Of a DNA stretch of 64,000 nt, positions 51,800 to 64,000 are shown in pieces. The notes below the pieces were generated by a model, which had not been told where the DNA came from, did no database searches, and saw only the letters and a list, made by a program, of their open reading frames with translations. The stretch is from Fimicolochytrium jonesii (taxonomy: Eukaryota), in contig NW_026515688.1 of NCBI RefSeq assembly GCF_025526975.1, positions 372,001 to 436,000 of the forward strand. Direction: 5' to 3'. The position numbers and the translations under genes were made by a program. How positions within the stretch are numbered: position 1 is the first letter of the stretch; each line of letters opens with the position of its first letter.

Positions 51800-51967
51800 T
51801 GCGTGTGTGTGGTTTATCCGGTGGGGGGAGGGTGGGGGGTGGCACTGTTTGGTGACTTGGGTCCAGTTTCACTGTCTGAGCGCTCGAGGGCATGCGATTC
51901 TTGCCATGGGAATGCACTAAAAACGTTTAAGAGGTTTGGAGGCTTCCAGGGAGAACGCGTTCAGGAT

Positions 51968-52012
51968 GTCTGGCACCAGGTCTGGCACGTCGGTCTGGCA
52001 TCAGGTCTGGCA
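51968..52012. repeat. Four GTCTGGCA copies at 12-13-bp spacing in the NCB2/APH1 divergent intergenic region
   Basis: Copies at 51968, 51980, 51993 and 52005. Confidence 0.85.
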
Positions 52013-52124
52013 TTGGCGGCATGCACATGCGCACACACATGTCCACATGCATGCCTTTTCGGCTTTCTCACTGGGCTAACAAGTCCCCTTCGCCCTGTAA
52101 ATAGACATATAGAACAATGTCGAT

Positions 52125-53180
52125 ATGACTCTCATTAGCTTCTTCGGCAACGGCTTCACCGCCTACGGGCCGGCGCTAGCCGTGTTCTTCCTGTACATTG
52201 CGAAGAACGCCCAGCTGGTGCTGTTGCTCATGACCAGGTATGAGTCTCACCAGTCTCTTTTGAGTGGGCGGATACATTTGAATTGAGCATTGTTCTTCTT
52301 CGGTTGCGTATGCAGCGCATTCTTCTGGCTGGTATCCATCCTGATCTCCTCGGTGTTTTGGTACCTCATCAAGGCCATGCAGGATGTGCCGGCGGCGACG
52401 ATATTCGTCTCGGTGACCTGGCAGGAGATATGGCGATACCTGTTTTTCATCATGATGAGGTCTGTGGACACCCGTCATGCATTGTGGAGGTTACTGCGAT
52501 GGACGCCGGCTGACCGTTCACTGCTTCCTAAAGCAAGGCAGAGCCCGGGCTGAACAGCACGTCGAGGACACCGGACTCGAGATTTAATCGGACCAGGCAT
52601 GCTTTTGGTACGATATGGACGATGGGATTGGAGCTCTTGCGCGGGGAGGAGATGTCTAACCGCAGTCTTCGATGTAGCCACGGGGTTGGGGTTTGGACTA
52701 ATGAGCGGCTTGACGTTGTATCTAACTCAGCTGGCCGAGTCGAGCGGGCCGGCCATCCTGCCGTGCAGCTCTTGTCCGGGGGCGGATGTGTTCTTCATTG
52801 GTGGTATGTTGTCGGACGGTGCCATTCTGCTACGGTACCCTGCAGAGCATGCTAACAGTACACCCCGCTCCAGCGGTGACGACCAACCTGTTCATATTCC
52901 TACATACGGCATGGAACATGATCGCCTTCGAAGGATGGTATAAACAACGATGGCTACCATTCGCGTTTGTTTTGTTCTCGCATTATGCCGCGTCTTATGG
53001 GGTAACGTTCAGCGAGCTGCCTCAAACGGCACGTAAGACATCGAGCCTAATGTATACCATTTCTTGTAGACGCTACTGATTCCTTCAGATGTACACAACG
53101 GCTGCCTTATATCCATCGCCTTGTGTATAGTGTTACTCGTCATTGCTACGAGTTTGGTGGTACGCACCATCAATTGGTGA
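52125..53180 (+). CDS. APH1: Gamma-secretase subunit APH-1; 6 exons
   Basis: Spliced: MTLISFFGNGFTAYGPAL..SAFFWLVSILISSVFW..QEIWRY..KAEPGL..TGLGFGLMSG (GxxxG)..GPAIL..LHTAWNMI..SHYAASYGTL; about 7 TM segments. Confidence 0.9.
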
Positions 53181-53425
53181 TGGCGGGGTAGAGGTGCAGA
53201 TCCGAGGGCCTTGATACGGTTATGACGCTGGACATTGCAATGAAAGCATGTGGACTTTGATTGGCAGCATGTTCGGGCGATGCATTCGCTCACGGACTAT
53301 GAAGTACCGCATCACAGCCGACAGTGATAGAGCGGAAGGCAACAAATACATATGTTTCAAAATGCGGAATAAGGATACAAGATGGATCTAGAGTGAAGAC
53401 ATGACTAAGCTAAGGTTTGAGGGAA

Positions 53426-54774
<1,349 letters not shown>

Positions 54775-55245
54775 GTTTGTCATTCTCGGCTGTGTGATCG
54801 ATGGCGGCTGAAGAATGAATGGCTTCGTTTAGTGAGACGATAATTGTGAGACGACAAAGCGTCCGCATTCGGGAGCTGAACCTTGGGTTGAATGGGACTG
54901 CGAGAATCGCCGGACTTTGAAAATCACGAAGAGGGCAGAGTTCCAACGGTTGTTGAAATTTGCAGTGAAATTTGCAGTGATCTCTCCGTTGGTTGAAAAA
55001 ATCGTTATATTCTTCTGCCTCTGTTTGGGTGGTTTTCTAGGACAGTTTCTGGGGGATGGCAAGCGGGGCCAGTTATATACATACAGTATACCGCTTTCCC
55101 GAGGGATGTTGTGTGGTTGCAGGCAATGCGGGGATTGCGAGGGCAGCGACGCTCAGCCACAACGCGTGGGAATTTGCGAGGCCTCCTTCGACGCGAGGAG
55201 ATGTGCAATCTGAGGCGATTGCAGCAAGGAAAATGACATTTTTCG

Positions 55246-55252
55246 TGACTCA
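55246..55252. promoter_or_regulatory. Candidate Gcn4/AP-1-type element TGACTCA
   Basis: cgTGACTCAcg about 470 bp upstream of the class I DAHP synthase start; Gcn4 control of ARO3/ARO4 is established in yeast but only inferred here. Confidence 0.3.
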
Positions 55253-55721
55253 CGCAATGCATGTCATAATAGAATGTCATTGGGATTTGCGCGTGTGGTG
55301 GAGAATGGAAACGTGCCCCTATACCCACGTATGGTATAACCCTAACCATGACTGTACAGTCAGTGGACAAAAGGCTGTCTCCCCTCGAGATTAAGTCAGT
55401 GTCGCCCGACGCGTCTCTCTGCCTTGTGAAACGATCATTGAATTCGATTAGAAGGAGAGACAGCCTTTTTGTCGGTGGATCGTACGATCCTGCATAATCC
55501 TAGTCCTGCTTGTCGCCCATCGAGCCCATCGATCCTTCCCGTCCTGTTGACAACCTTCGTTCTGTTCATCGTTCGCGGCAACAGCAACATCGCAACCGCC
55601 AACGGACAGTCTTTGTCGATAGCGAACCTTCAGTGCCGTCACCGTCGTCCCTTCGAAACGGGCATCTAGGCTCCTCACCGCGGTCTCCTCTCCTCCGAGT
55701 TTCTTTGCCTCGCGGTTTGGG

Positions 55722-57146
55722 ATGGATATAATCTCGCAACACTCGCCTCCTGTCACTACGCTTTCGAATACATCAGCTTCCATTCTCCCACCGAGTGGTC
55801 CAAAAGAACGCCTTCAGCATCAAGCTTCTCTTCCTGTTTCGGCTTTTCGTAGTTCTTCTTTCCCAGCCTTGACGCCACGGCTCAGCGGCTCAAATCCCAG
55901 CCTTCTCCTTGGCATCCACTCGCACAGTTCTAGAATAAACAACAACAGTGGGCCCATAAGGTCACCGAGCGGCTCTTCATCTTATACCAGCTCAACTCCG
56001 CAATCGCCAAAAGCAAGTGCTTTGGCCGACACCCGCGGAAGAGTGAGGAGCAACAGTAGTATTAGCACAGCTACGAAATCCAAATCCAGCGATTCACCGA
56101 TAATGGGAAGCACTGCAGTTCCCATCAACGGCGCGCCTGACGTTGCGGCCGAGCAGGAGTTGCGGCAAAGGAAGACTTCTTGGGCGGAAGTTGCTAAAAG
56201 CGGGGCGGCGAACGAATTGAAGGAGGTGAATGGAGCGCGGAATGGAACGCTGACGAACGGAATATCGAAGACCGCTCCGTCAAAAACAATTTCAGCGCAT
56301 TCTCCATCACGGCGAGTAGCACAACCTTCGAAAGTTCCCGTTTCGACCCCTTCCACTGTGATTGCTTCCGCGCCCCGGAAACAGCTGAAAATGGACCCAT
56401 TAGTTCAAGTCCTGATACTGCGGCGCATGTTACTGCTCACCGATGGCCGCGACAAAGTCATGAAAGTCATTCAATACGGACTAAAAGCAGCCATGTGGGC
56501 AGAACTGCTGACGGCAAAGAAGCAACCGGCGATGCACGCGAGAGCATCGAAAATCGTCTCGAACTTCTCGACAGCACGTAAAATCATCCGCCTGCTCTAC
56601 TGGCTGAACTCGCTTGACGAGCTGATCGACCTGAACAAAACGTCAGCTGCCGATTTGGTGAAAATGACGCCAAATGAGCGACTACGCCACAATCTATCCA
56701 TGTTCAACGCCATCGTCGGCATCGTCAACGGGTGGGCGGACGATGTGGTCGTCGCAGGCAAGCTAGGCCTCATCGAAAAGCCGCTTTATAATCGAGCGAC
56801 AATACTCTCAGATCGCCTGTGGTACGTCACCATCTTCTTCGACCTCTATGAGAACATCCAAGCCGGCAGAGTGCTCAGCAAGAAGGTGCTGGACGCACAA
56901 CGACAGTACGTCAAAGCAGACGGGGACGTGGACGATATTGGCGTTCTAGACAAAAAGCGAACAGAGCTTCTGAACAAGCAGTACATGCACAGAATATCGC
57001 TAGTGAAGTTGGTAGCCGATTTCACCTTCTGTACGGTAGACGTGTTCCAGTTGGGTGAGCGGGGATTGAGCGATGGATGGCAGGCGTTGTCGGGATTGAC
57101 TTCGGCGCTGTTGGGGACCTATAAGGTGTGGGTCAAGCATCGATAG
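55722..57146 (+). CDS. PEX11: PEX11-family peroxin with long Ser-rich N-terminal extension; single exon
   Basis: LTDGRDKVMKVIQY, NFSTARKIIRL, ADD..GKLGL, SDRLW, LVKLVADF, SGLTSALLG. Confidence 0.85.
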   Translation: MDIISQHSPPVTTLSNTSASILPPSGPKERLQHQASLPVSAFRSSSFPALTPRLSGSNPSLLLGIHSHSSRINNNSGPIRSPSGSSSYTSSTPQSPKASALADTRGRVRSNSSISTATKSKSSDSPIMGSTAVPINGAPDVAAEQELRQRKTSWAEVAKSGAANELKEVNGARNGTLTNGISKTAPSKTISAHSPSRRVAQPSKVPVSTPSTVIASAPRKQLKMDPLVQVLILRRMLLLTDGRDKVMKVIQYGLKAAMWAELLTAKKQPAMHARASKIVSNFSTARKIIRLLYWLNSLDELIDLNKTSAADLVKMTPNERLRHNLSMFNAIVGIVNGWADDVVVAGKLGLIEKPLYNRATILSDRLWYVTIFFDLYENIQAGRVLSKKVLDAQRQYVKADGDVDDIGVLDKKRTELLNKQYMHRISLVKLVADFTFCTVDVFQLGERGLSDGWQALSGLTSALLGTYKVWVKHR

Positions 57147-57332
57147 CACGGTAGCTTTGTGGACTGGTTCTCTTTGAGTCTTCACCGTACGATATGCTTT
57201 GCTTAGATAGCAGTTTTGGATGTCATCATAGAAGTTTGCGATAAAATCATTTTCATCAGACACAATGGCTCATTTAGATACAATAAGACCATCCCCTTCT
57301 CCCCTCTGACCATCCTGTCTGGCCATCCGGTA

Positions 57333-60300
57333 TCACTGCCCCGGCTCAAAGAGCTTCTCGATGGCGGCCTCGAGCGTCTGCGGCGTGTACTTGACATACT
57401 TCTCAGGGTTCTTCGAAAAGTCAAGGGTAGCATGTCTGAAACAGGGAAGATGATGAAGATTGAGCGTGTAGTACTTCCAATCGATGACCCCAGCCTCCGT
57501 ACTTTTCATAAAATTGCTTGTAGAAAGGGCACAGAATCGCTTTCACGTCTTTGATGATGGCGACGCGCAGGTCTGCATCAGGCACGGAATATGTTTTCTG
57601 TGTGCGAGTCACCTCCTCAAATTCGGTGTTGAAGTTCTAAAGTGCCGGGGCGGATTTCACATGATCAGGGCTTTTGCCATCAGCAACTGGCCAACATCAA
57701 ACATGCTACACACCTTGAACTGGTCTTTGACGATATGTTTTTGTGCCTTCGTCAGTGTTTTGGCGCCTGGTGCTACCCCTTGTCCTTTGTCGTTGATGGC
57801 CTCGATTACAGATGTCCAACTACAGCGGCATGTGCCGGTCAGCCCACGATCCTCGATGCCAACTTCCCATCCACGCCCATACCTATCCCTGTACCCCTGC
57901 CTCCCCTTCTGGCTAGCCTTCTCCAGCCTCCCTACCTCCTCATTCCCCACAAGCTCTGCCAGCCCGCTGGCGCGCACGTGTTTGACCATGTAGTGATAGT
58001 TGTTGAGCAGGAAGATGGCGGCGAGAGTGGGTTTTTTGTAGGTTTTGGCTTTTTGGTCGAGGTTGACGGTTAGCGCGGTGAGGACGTCTTGCGCGATGGT
58101 TGAGAAGGCTGTTGCGCCCATAGGGTTCTGGGGTGGCGGGAGAGAACAGGAGGGTGGTCAGCCACACTGTGGTCAAATGTCATCAACAATCTCTTGACCG
58201 CAGTGAACTCACAGCTCCATCGGCTATAAGCTTGTCCACCGCGGAATGGTACTCGACCAAACGCCGGAGAGTGTTGAGCGCCTGCGGTGTGTGTGAGATG
58301 AGCATTCGAGTCATGCAGCGAAAGCAAGAACATCAAACATCTACATACTGTGCTCGTAAGCTCATGGACGGTTCCATCAAGCGACAGCGATGATCCCTTG
58401 CTATTATCGCTCTGCAGATGAGAGAAGGTTAGAGGGCCCCTCCTTCAATAAGATATCAAATGATGAAGGATCAAACTACATCGATGTCGGTTGGCATACC
58501 TTGGTATCCTCGTAGAGCTGCGCCAAACATTGTATGGTAATGCTCTTCCCATTGCTCGACAGGTCGCTGATCTCCAAGCCTTTTGCCCCAGCATACTGTG
58601 AAGCGGTAATACCAATGGTTTTAAATTCCCTTTAACCGTATCTCCAGCCAGAGAGTAGACTCGACTTACCGCCATGACTCCATCATACTCCCTCATCCCC
58701 CGTATCAGCCCCTCGCCAACATCAATGAGCATGAACACATCCCGATACTCCCTTCGCGCGACCTGCTTCTTCACGCGGCTGCAGATGGACTCCCCGATCT
58801 CCACAAAAATGTCCACTGCAGGCGTGATGGTCGCTTGGAAGGAGGTGGGCGCGTTTGTTTTGGGAAGCATCTTGTTTGTGAGCCCCCGTTCTGCCTGCGT
58901 CGGAAGATCACATATCATGAGCTCTGGTGCAGTTACGACCATCGATATACGTGCTCCGACCTGCATCATCTTCAACAACGCTTTCGTATACGCAACCATA
59001 GGCGACGTCCCCCTCTCATACGCAGTCTTGGCTTGCGCGCTTTTCAGCTCGCTTTCGCGTGTAGCAGATGCCAGACCTTGTAATGACTTTACGAGGTAGT
59101 TTGATCGCACTTCCTCGTAGATTTTGAGGTACACGGGAGGGAAGCTTAGATCGCCGATGCTGGAGGTCTGGAGCTCGAGGGAAAGGGCGAGGAGGTTGCG
59201 GAATGGTTCGTCGGGAATGTGTGGGATGTCTGTTGGCATTGCAGGCGGAAGAACTTCAGGGCAAATGCATCGGAGGAGTGGCCCTGCACAAACCACATAC
59301 CTTTGTCAAGGTAGTTTCCAATATCGATTGGAGGACTTGCGGCAGTCAACCACTTGCGGAACACGTTGTTCAGCAATCCAAGGGCTTTCGTCAAAGTGTA
59401 TTTCTACCAGGTCGGAGGTGTCACCACTATTATGCCCAGCCGGTGAACCATGAAACATTTATGGCACTCACCAAGGAGTTGATGGCACGTTCAGATGCCT
59501 TGTACTTTGTCCGCTGGAGGTAGACCAATGCTTCCTTGAGGGATTCCACCGATTTCAAGAAAGGTTTCATGTCGGATTCCTGCGGTCTGCAAGTGCCAAG
59601 AGGTTATTGACGCTGATGTGGTCTCTCGTTTCATAAAGTGAGGGCTGACCCTTTGGCAATGAATGCCTCTTCAGTGCTGCCCATGTCATAGTAGTCAATC
59701 ACGGTTTGTACTTGATCGAGAGCGGCTTTGATGTCTGTGGGGAGCAACCAGCGGAGCTGACCGTGAGCCAACTCGCTCAAATGGCTGGGATATGATGGTG
59801 CGACGTACGATCATGAAACATCGTCAGCTTTTGGGTGGAGCGGTGGATAGGCAGAATTGAGGTCTCTAATCTGCCAAGCCGCAGATCGAAGGAGCTGAGC
59901 ATCGACTCCTGTGGGACACATGTTAATGATATATAGCTACAGTCCCAATGTCTCGAGAAGGTGCCTTCCCAGCGGCGATCTGCCCAAAGCCCCCAGCCAT
60001 CTCCGCCTTCATCCATCTCTCTCGTCGAACTCCTGATCCTTTCCCCGCAGAACCCCCAAACGCCACTTACAATCTTGTTCGTCAAGATGTTCGTCTTTGC
60101 CAAACTTTCCTCCAAAACTTCCAGCTCCTCCATATCCTAACTTGCTCATTTTCGGTGAGTTTCAATGCCGTCCGGTGGTATGTAGTCAATGACTTCAAGC
60201 TGGTATCTCACCTTATGTAGCTTCCGCTCCAGCTCTCGCCGGCGCTCCACCTGGGCATCCACATGCATACTGATAAAAACATCAATCAGCTACAAGGCGC

Positions 60301-60362
60301 TACCAGAGTTGATATGCCTATCCTGACACGGATAACGACTCGTACCTCTCGAGGTAGACCAT
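57333..60362 (-). CDS. EXO70: Exocyst subunit Exo70; many exons
   Basis: SMLSSFDLRLGRLETSILPIH, AAIFLLNNYHY, VKDQFKNFNTEFEE, YSVPDADLR, PFYKQFYEKY, FSKNPEKYVKYTPQTLE. Confidence 0.92.
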
Positions 60363-60831
60363 GTTGGTATGCTTTCATTCAGAGATAAGTAAGCTTTCCA
60401 GGAAAAAAGTCCGTGGGAATATTCAGATATCTACGTAGCAGGCTGTTTTCCGCTGTGACGTGATGTGATGATTCACGCGTCTGAAAGCGTCCGACTGTTC
60501 CGACCTTCCTTCCGTCAATGCAAGAACCAGCTTTTCATTCCCGGCGTCTCTCCTCCCCTCGTCCCGCCATGCCGAAAGCGAGAAGATCAAAAGTATGTCA
60601 AGGTCCATAAGCAGCAAGTCAAGCAGGAACGACGCGACGTCATCCACATCCAACATAGCACTCAGGAAGTAGGTAAGAAAGATGCGAAGTACTGAGATAA
60701 TTTACAATGTTCAAGATACAGAAAGTGTTCGCGAGACACTAAGGTAAGGTAACTGCGGAGCTATGGAGTGCGGTCTCTGGGGATGAGGCCGGAATGCGAG
60801 AGAAGAGTGGTAGAGGATGTGTGTAAACTAA

Positions 60832-62531
60832 TCACAAGTTCTTGAGTGGACTGCGCTCGGACACATAGTATTTCGCAATCATGAACGCAATATCCAGTGA
60901 CTGTTCGTAGTTTAGCCTATACGACGCAAGAAGGATAATCAGTTACTCAGCTCATAAGCTTCCAAACAAGTCACCCCTTACCTTGGATCGCAGAAAGTCT
61001 GGTAGTTCTTGCTCAGGTCCTCTTCCAGTAGGTTCATGGAACCGCCAATCGTCTCCGTCACAGCATCGCCCGTCAATTCGAAATGAACTCCGCCAAGTAT
61101 CGAGTTACACTCCTTGTGCACGCGAAAAGCTTTACTTAATTCCTCCACGATATGGTCAAAGCGGCGGGTTTTCAATCCGGATGCGGTGGATTCCGTGTTT
61201 CCATGCATGGGATCGCAGCACCAAACCACCTTGTGCCTCGTTGCTTGCACGGCCTTGATGTGCGCTGGAAGGTACAATGCAACCTTGTCGTGGCCGTACC
61301 GTGTGATCAAGGTGACTTTGCCTATGGAACAGCACATATCAATGCTCCCACCCTGGAAAGGTTTCGAATAGCAGTCCATCGCGTACCTGGTTCACAGTTA
61401 GGATCCAAGATATTAAGTAAAGGACCGAGCTCCTCTGGCTTCATGGAAGGACCAACTTTCACGCCGATTGGATTTTGTAACCCACGGAAGTATTCGACAT
61501 GTCCTCCGTCAAGCTGTCTCGTACGGTCCCCAATCCAAAGGTAATGGGTTCCGAGGTTGTAGTGCTTCTCGCCGACCTTTCGTGTCAATTGTGTCTCGTA
61601 GTCGAGCAACAATCCCTCGTGAGACATGAATAAATCAACCGTTTTGATAGCCTCCTTCGAAGCATCATCAGCGCCAATAGTCCTCATAAAGTCCAGAGAG
61701 TCCTGCAGTCTGTTGACGATCGCTTGGTACTCTGCTCTCACAGCCGGGTTCTCGACATGAGAGAAGTTCCAGGAATCAAGATTCCAGACTTCTGGGTGAT
61801 GTAAATCCGCGAATCCGCTGGAGAGCAGAGCGCGAACATAGTTCATCGTCGCGGCCGAATGGAAGTACGCGCCCAGCAGCCGCTGCGGATCAGGCCTGCG
61901 GTCTGCAAGATCAATCCCGTTCACATTGTCTCCTCGGAAAGCGTTGTATTCCACGCCATTGATCATCTCCGTGGGCTTTGACCGAGGTTTGGCATATTGC
62001 CCGCCCATTCGCGCTATCCGCGTCACAGCAGTGCGTCCACCCCAAACCAAGATCAGCGACATTTGTAGTAGGACCTTCAATTTGTTCTCGATTGGGTTCT
62101 GAGACCAAATGGCGGCTGAGTGAGCAAATGAGGCCTCTCCCTGAAGGCAGGCTAGCTACCCTTACCTGCGAGCAATAATCGAACAGTTCTGCACAGTCTC
62201 CCCCTTGCAATAGGAAGCGCTTGTTTTCGGCTACCTCCGCGAGCTGCTGCCTCAGCTTATCAACCTGGATATACGATATGAGTACTTAGATAGTTGAATA
62301 ACGACCACTTCGCCTTGCAATTGATTCCACACACCCAACGCATACCTCTTGCGAGCTCACCAAAGGCGGAAGGTGGCTGAGTTTGGCCAGAACCTTTTCC
62401 ACTTCCTCGGGGCTGTCGTACGCGACGTCCTGCAAGACCTTCTTGGCCTTCCACGATTCCGGGGACCATCCTTCTGCACTTGCTTTGGCGGGTGTGCCGT
62501 TCGACATCTTTGCGGGGCTGCTGCTCGTCAT
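60832..62531 (-). CDS. Class II (plant/actinobacterial-type) DAHP synthase; 5 exons
   Basis: WSPESWKAK, LPPLV, FLLQGGDCAE, RMGGQYAKPRS, FRGDNVNG, SHEGLLL, LWIGDRTRQLDG, CDPMHGNT, GGVHFELTG, CDPRLNYEQSL. Confidence 0.95.
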
Positions 62532-63053
62532 TTTGAATGCGTCTGGTCCTGATAGTGAAATGTGTGTTGGGGAACCTTTCTGCCGACTCTTTTTGGGCTT
62601 TCTGCTCTTCAAGCTCGCGCACGTTTTTACGCGACATCGAGCGGACGCCAATAGTCAGCCGGTGACTTCTCTGCATATGCGCGCCACCGAGTATGGGCCA
62701 TCCGCATGTGAACGGCCCCCCTGCTCCGAGTCATTCGAATCATCGTGAACCGACGGAAATGTCATTCTTGTCGAAATTCTCAATCGACAACGATCTGCCG
62801 ATCTGGCAGCAAGTCAAGGTCATTCCAACGCTTCGCAGTAAGTCTGTGACAACCCCAACGGCGCTTAGCGTTGAAAAACTCCCTTGAGCTTACTTACTCC
62901 ATATTTAGAAGTGTGCGACTTAGAACTTTCTGGGCGGACGCAGACTCTGTACCAAAGTGGAGGCTTTTATCGAGTTTCGAAGGAAATTCCAGACTTGGGG
63001 GGGTTGTCTCGTAGACTGACCGTTCTACAGGACTGGATTTCAACGGGCGTCGA

Positions 63054-64000
63054 ATGAGTCCTTTCCTCGGCATTCTGTTGATTTGCTATTCCAGCCGTGG
63101 TCATCAGCTGGTTTTCAACTATCCTGCAGAGCCAAAGCCAAGGCTTTCGAGGACGCGCAGTGGAAATCGAGTTGGACAGCTTGGAGATGGCACTCCTCTC
63201 CGTCAACAGGAGAGCGAGAAGTTTCTTGGCTTTGAAACCCACTTCCTTTCGGATGTACTGTCCCCAAAAGTGGCTTTGTGCGACCGACAGTTCCAGTTGA
63301 CAGTCGATGATGTGACCTTTGTGGGACATCCAACACTCCTGCATGCGGACCGCCCGGGAACTGGTCATCGTTTCGCTCGGATGATACAAAAGAAGAGGTT
63401 GAATGCTCAGGAGGCGGGTATTAGAACGCCGTCCTCGCATTGGGACAATGAGCTGCATCAGTATCACGATGGGATATCTCCGCCATTTGAGAAAGCCGCC
63501 TCGAACCCCTCCGTGAAGTCGTCGGCAGATGCAATATCCTCCGCCGGGTTGTCTGCATCCGCACCTCAATTATCAATGTTCAATCTGGTCTTTGCGATGC
63601 AAACCAGTGGCGAACAGATGGCGGTAGATGAAATGTACACCCACGTCATATCCAAGGTCACAGCCGCCCTCAAGTACGAGCAACTCAAGCGAGGCTACAT
63701 TCGAAAGGAGACGGAATTGATTCTTTCTATCAAGGACGATGCTCAAAATAAGACATCAGATCGCGTGCACCTGAGCGATATCATCGATCGTATACTCTCC
63801 GAGTGCTCTCTGGCCCGTTGCCTAGCCGATATATACGACTCAATAGTGCGAGACTCTGCGGCACACGTTGTTATCAATTCCTCCGTTGATTTATCCCTCC
63901 ATTTGCCAAAGCATACCAAGCCCTGCATGCTTGCGCCGCAACGCCTAGAGTCTCGCGTTGGGTTGGAGGACGAAGGGAGCTCAGGGTACCCAGTTCTCCG
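63054..64000 (+). CDS. NPR3: Nitrogen permease regulator 3 (GATOR1/SEACIT subunit); 5' part, continues beyond window
   Basis: Open frame from ATG 63054 to the edge: LGILLICYSSRGHQLVFNYP, FLSDVLSPK..LCDRQFQLTVDDVTFVGHP, MFNLVF, AALKYEQLKRGYIRKE, CSLARCLADIYDSI. Confidence 0.88.
   Translation, partial: MSPFLGILLICYSSRGHQLVFNYPAEPKPRLSRTRSGNRVGQLGDGTPLRQQESEKFLGFETHFLSDVLSPKVALCDRQFQLTVDDVTFVGHPTLLHADRPGTGHRFARMIQKKRLNAQEAGIRTPSSHWDNELHQYHDGISPPFEKAASNPSVKSSADAISSAGLSASAPQLSMFNLVFAMQTSGEQMAVDEMYTHVISKVTAALKYEQLKRGYIRKETELILSIKDDAQNKTSDRVHLSDIIDRILSECSLARCLADIYDSIVRDSAAHVVINSSVDLSLHLPKHTKPCMLAPQRLESRVGLEDEGSSGYPVL

Noticed and set aside
54955..54980. 12-bp tandem duplication TGAAATTTGCAG and scattered microsatellites (GTTC at about 36545, CCCTT at about 35330)
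   Set aside because: Ordinary slippage repeats.

Overview
Gene-dense eukaryotic nuclear DNA with short spliceosomal introns (mostly ~50-80 nt). Gene content (fungal-type Trl1, Rad7 and complex I 17.8-kDa subunit together with TSC2, gamma-secretase APH-1, a Crinkler-like gene and a dual histidine kinase) points to an early-diverging fungus, most likely a chytrid (inference). About 25 protein-coding genes can be reconstructed by joining exons: TSC2 (runs off the left edge), OLA1-like ATPase, REX4, TAF2 fused to five bromodomains, ALG12, a CDF metal transporter, a dual hybrid histidine kinase, a coiled-coil protein, RAD7, a CRN-like nuclease+kinase gene, complex I 17.8-kDa subunit, NSP1, an intronless bacterial-like S41 peptidase, TRL1, enolase, MRS2-family transporter, NCB2, APH1, class I DAHP synthase, PEX11, EXO70, class II DAHP synthase, NPR3 (runs off the right edge) and a few hypotheticals. 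No rRNA, tRNA, CRISPR or intact transposase was seen. The most notable observations are an AT-AC first intron in TAF2 with a U2-like donor, and a 486-nt intron in the CRN-like gene filled with repeated multi-hairpin units. Also notable are competing GC/GT donors beside a receiver phospho-Asp and a C-rich to G-rich polarity inside exons. Gene identities come from motif recognition by eye, not database searches; exon boundaries are manual predictions.
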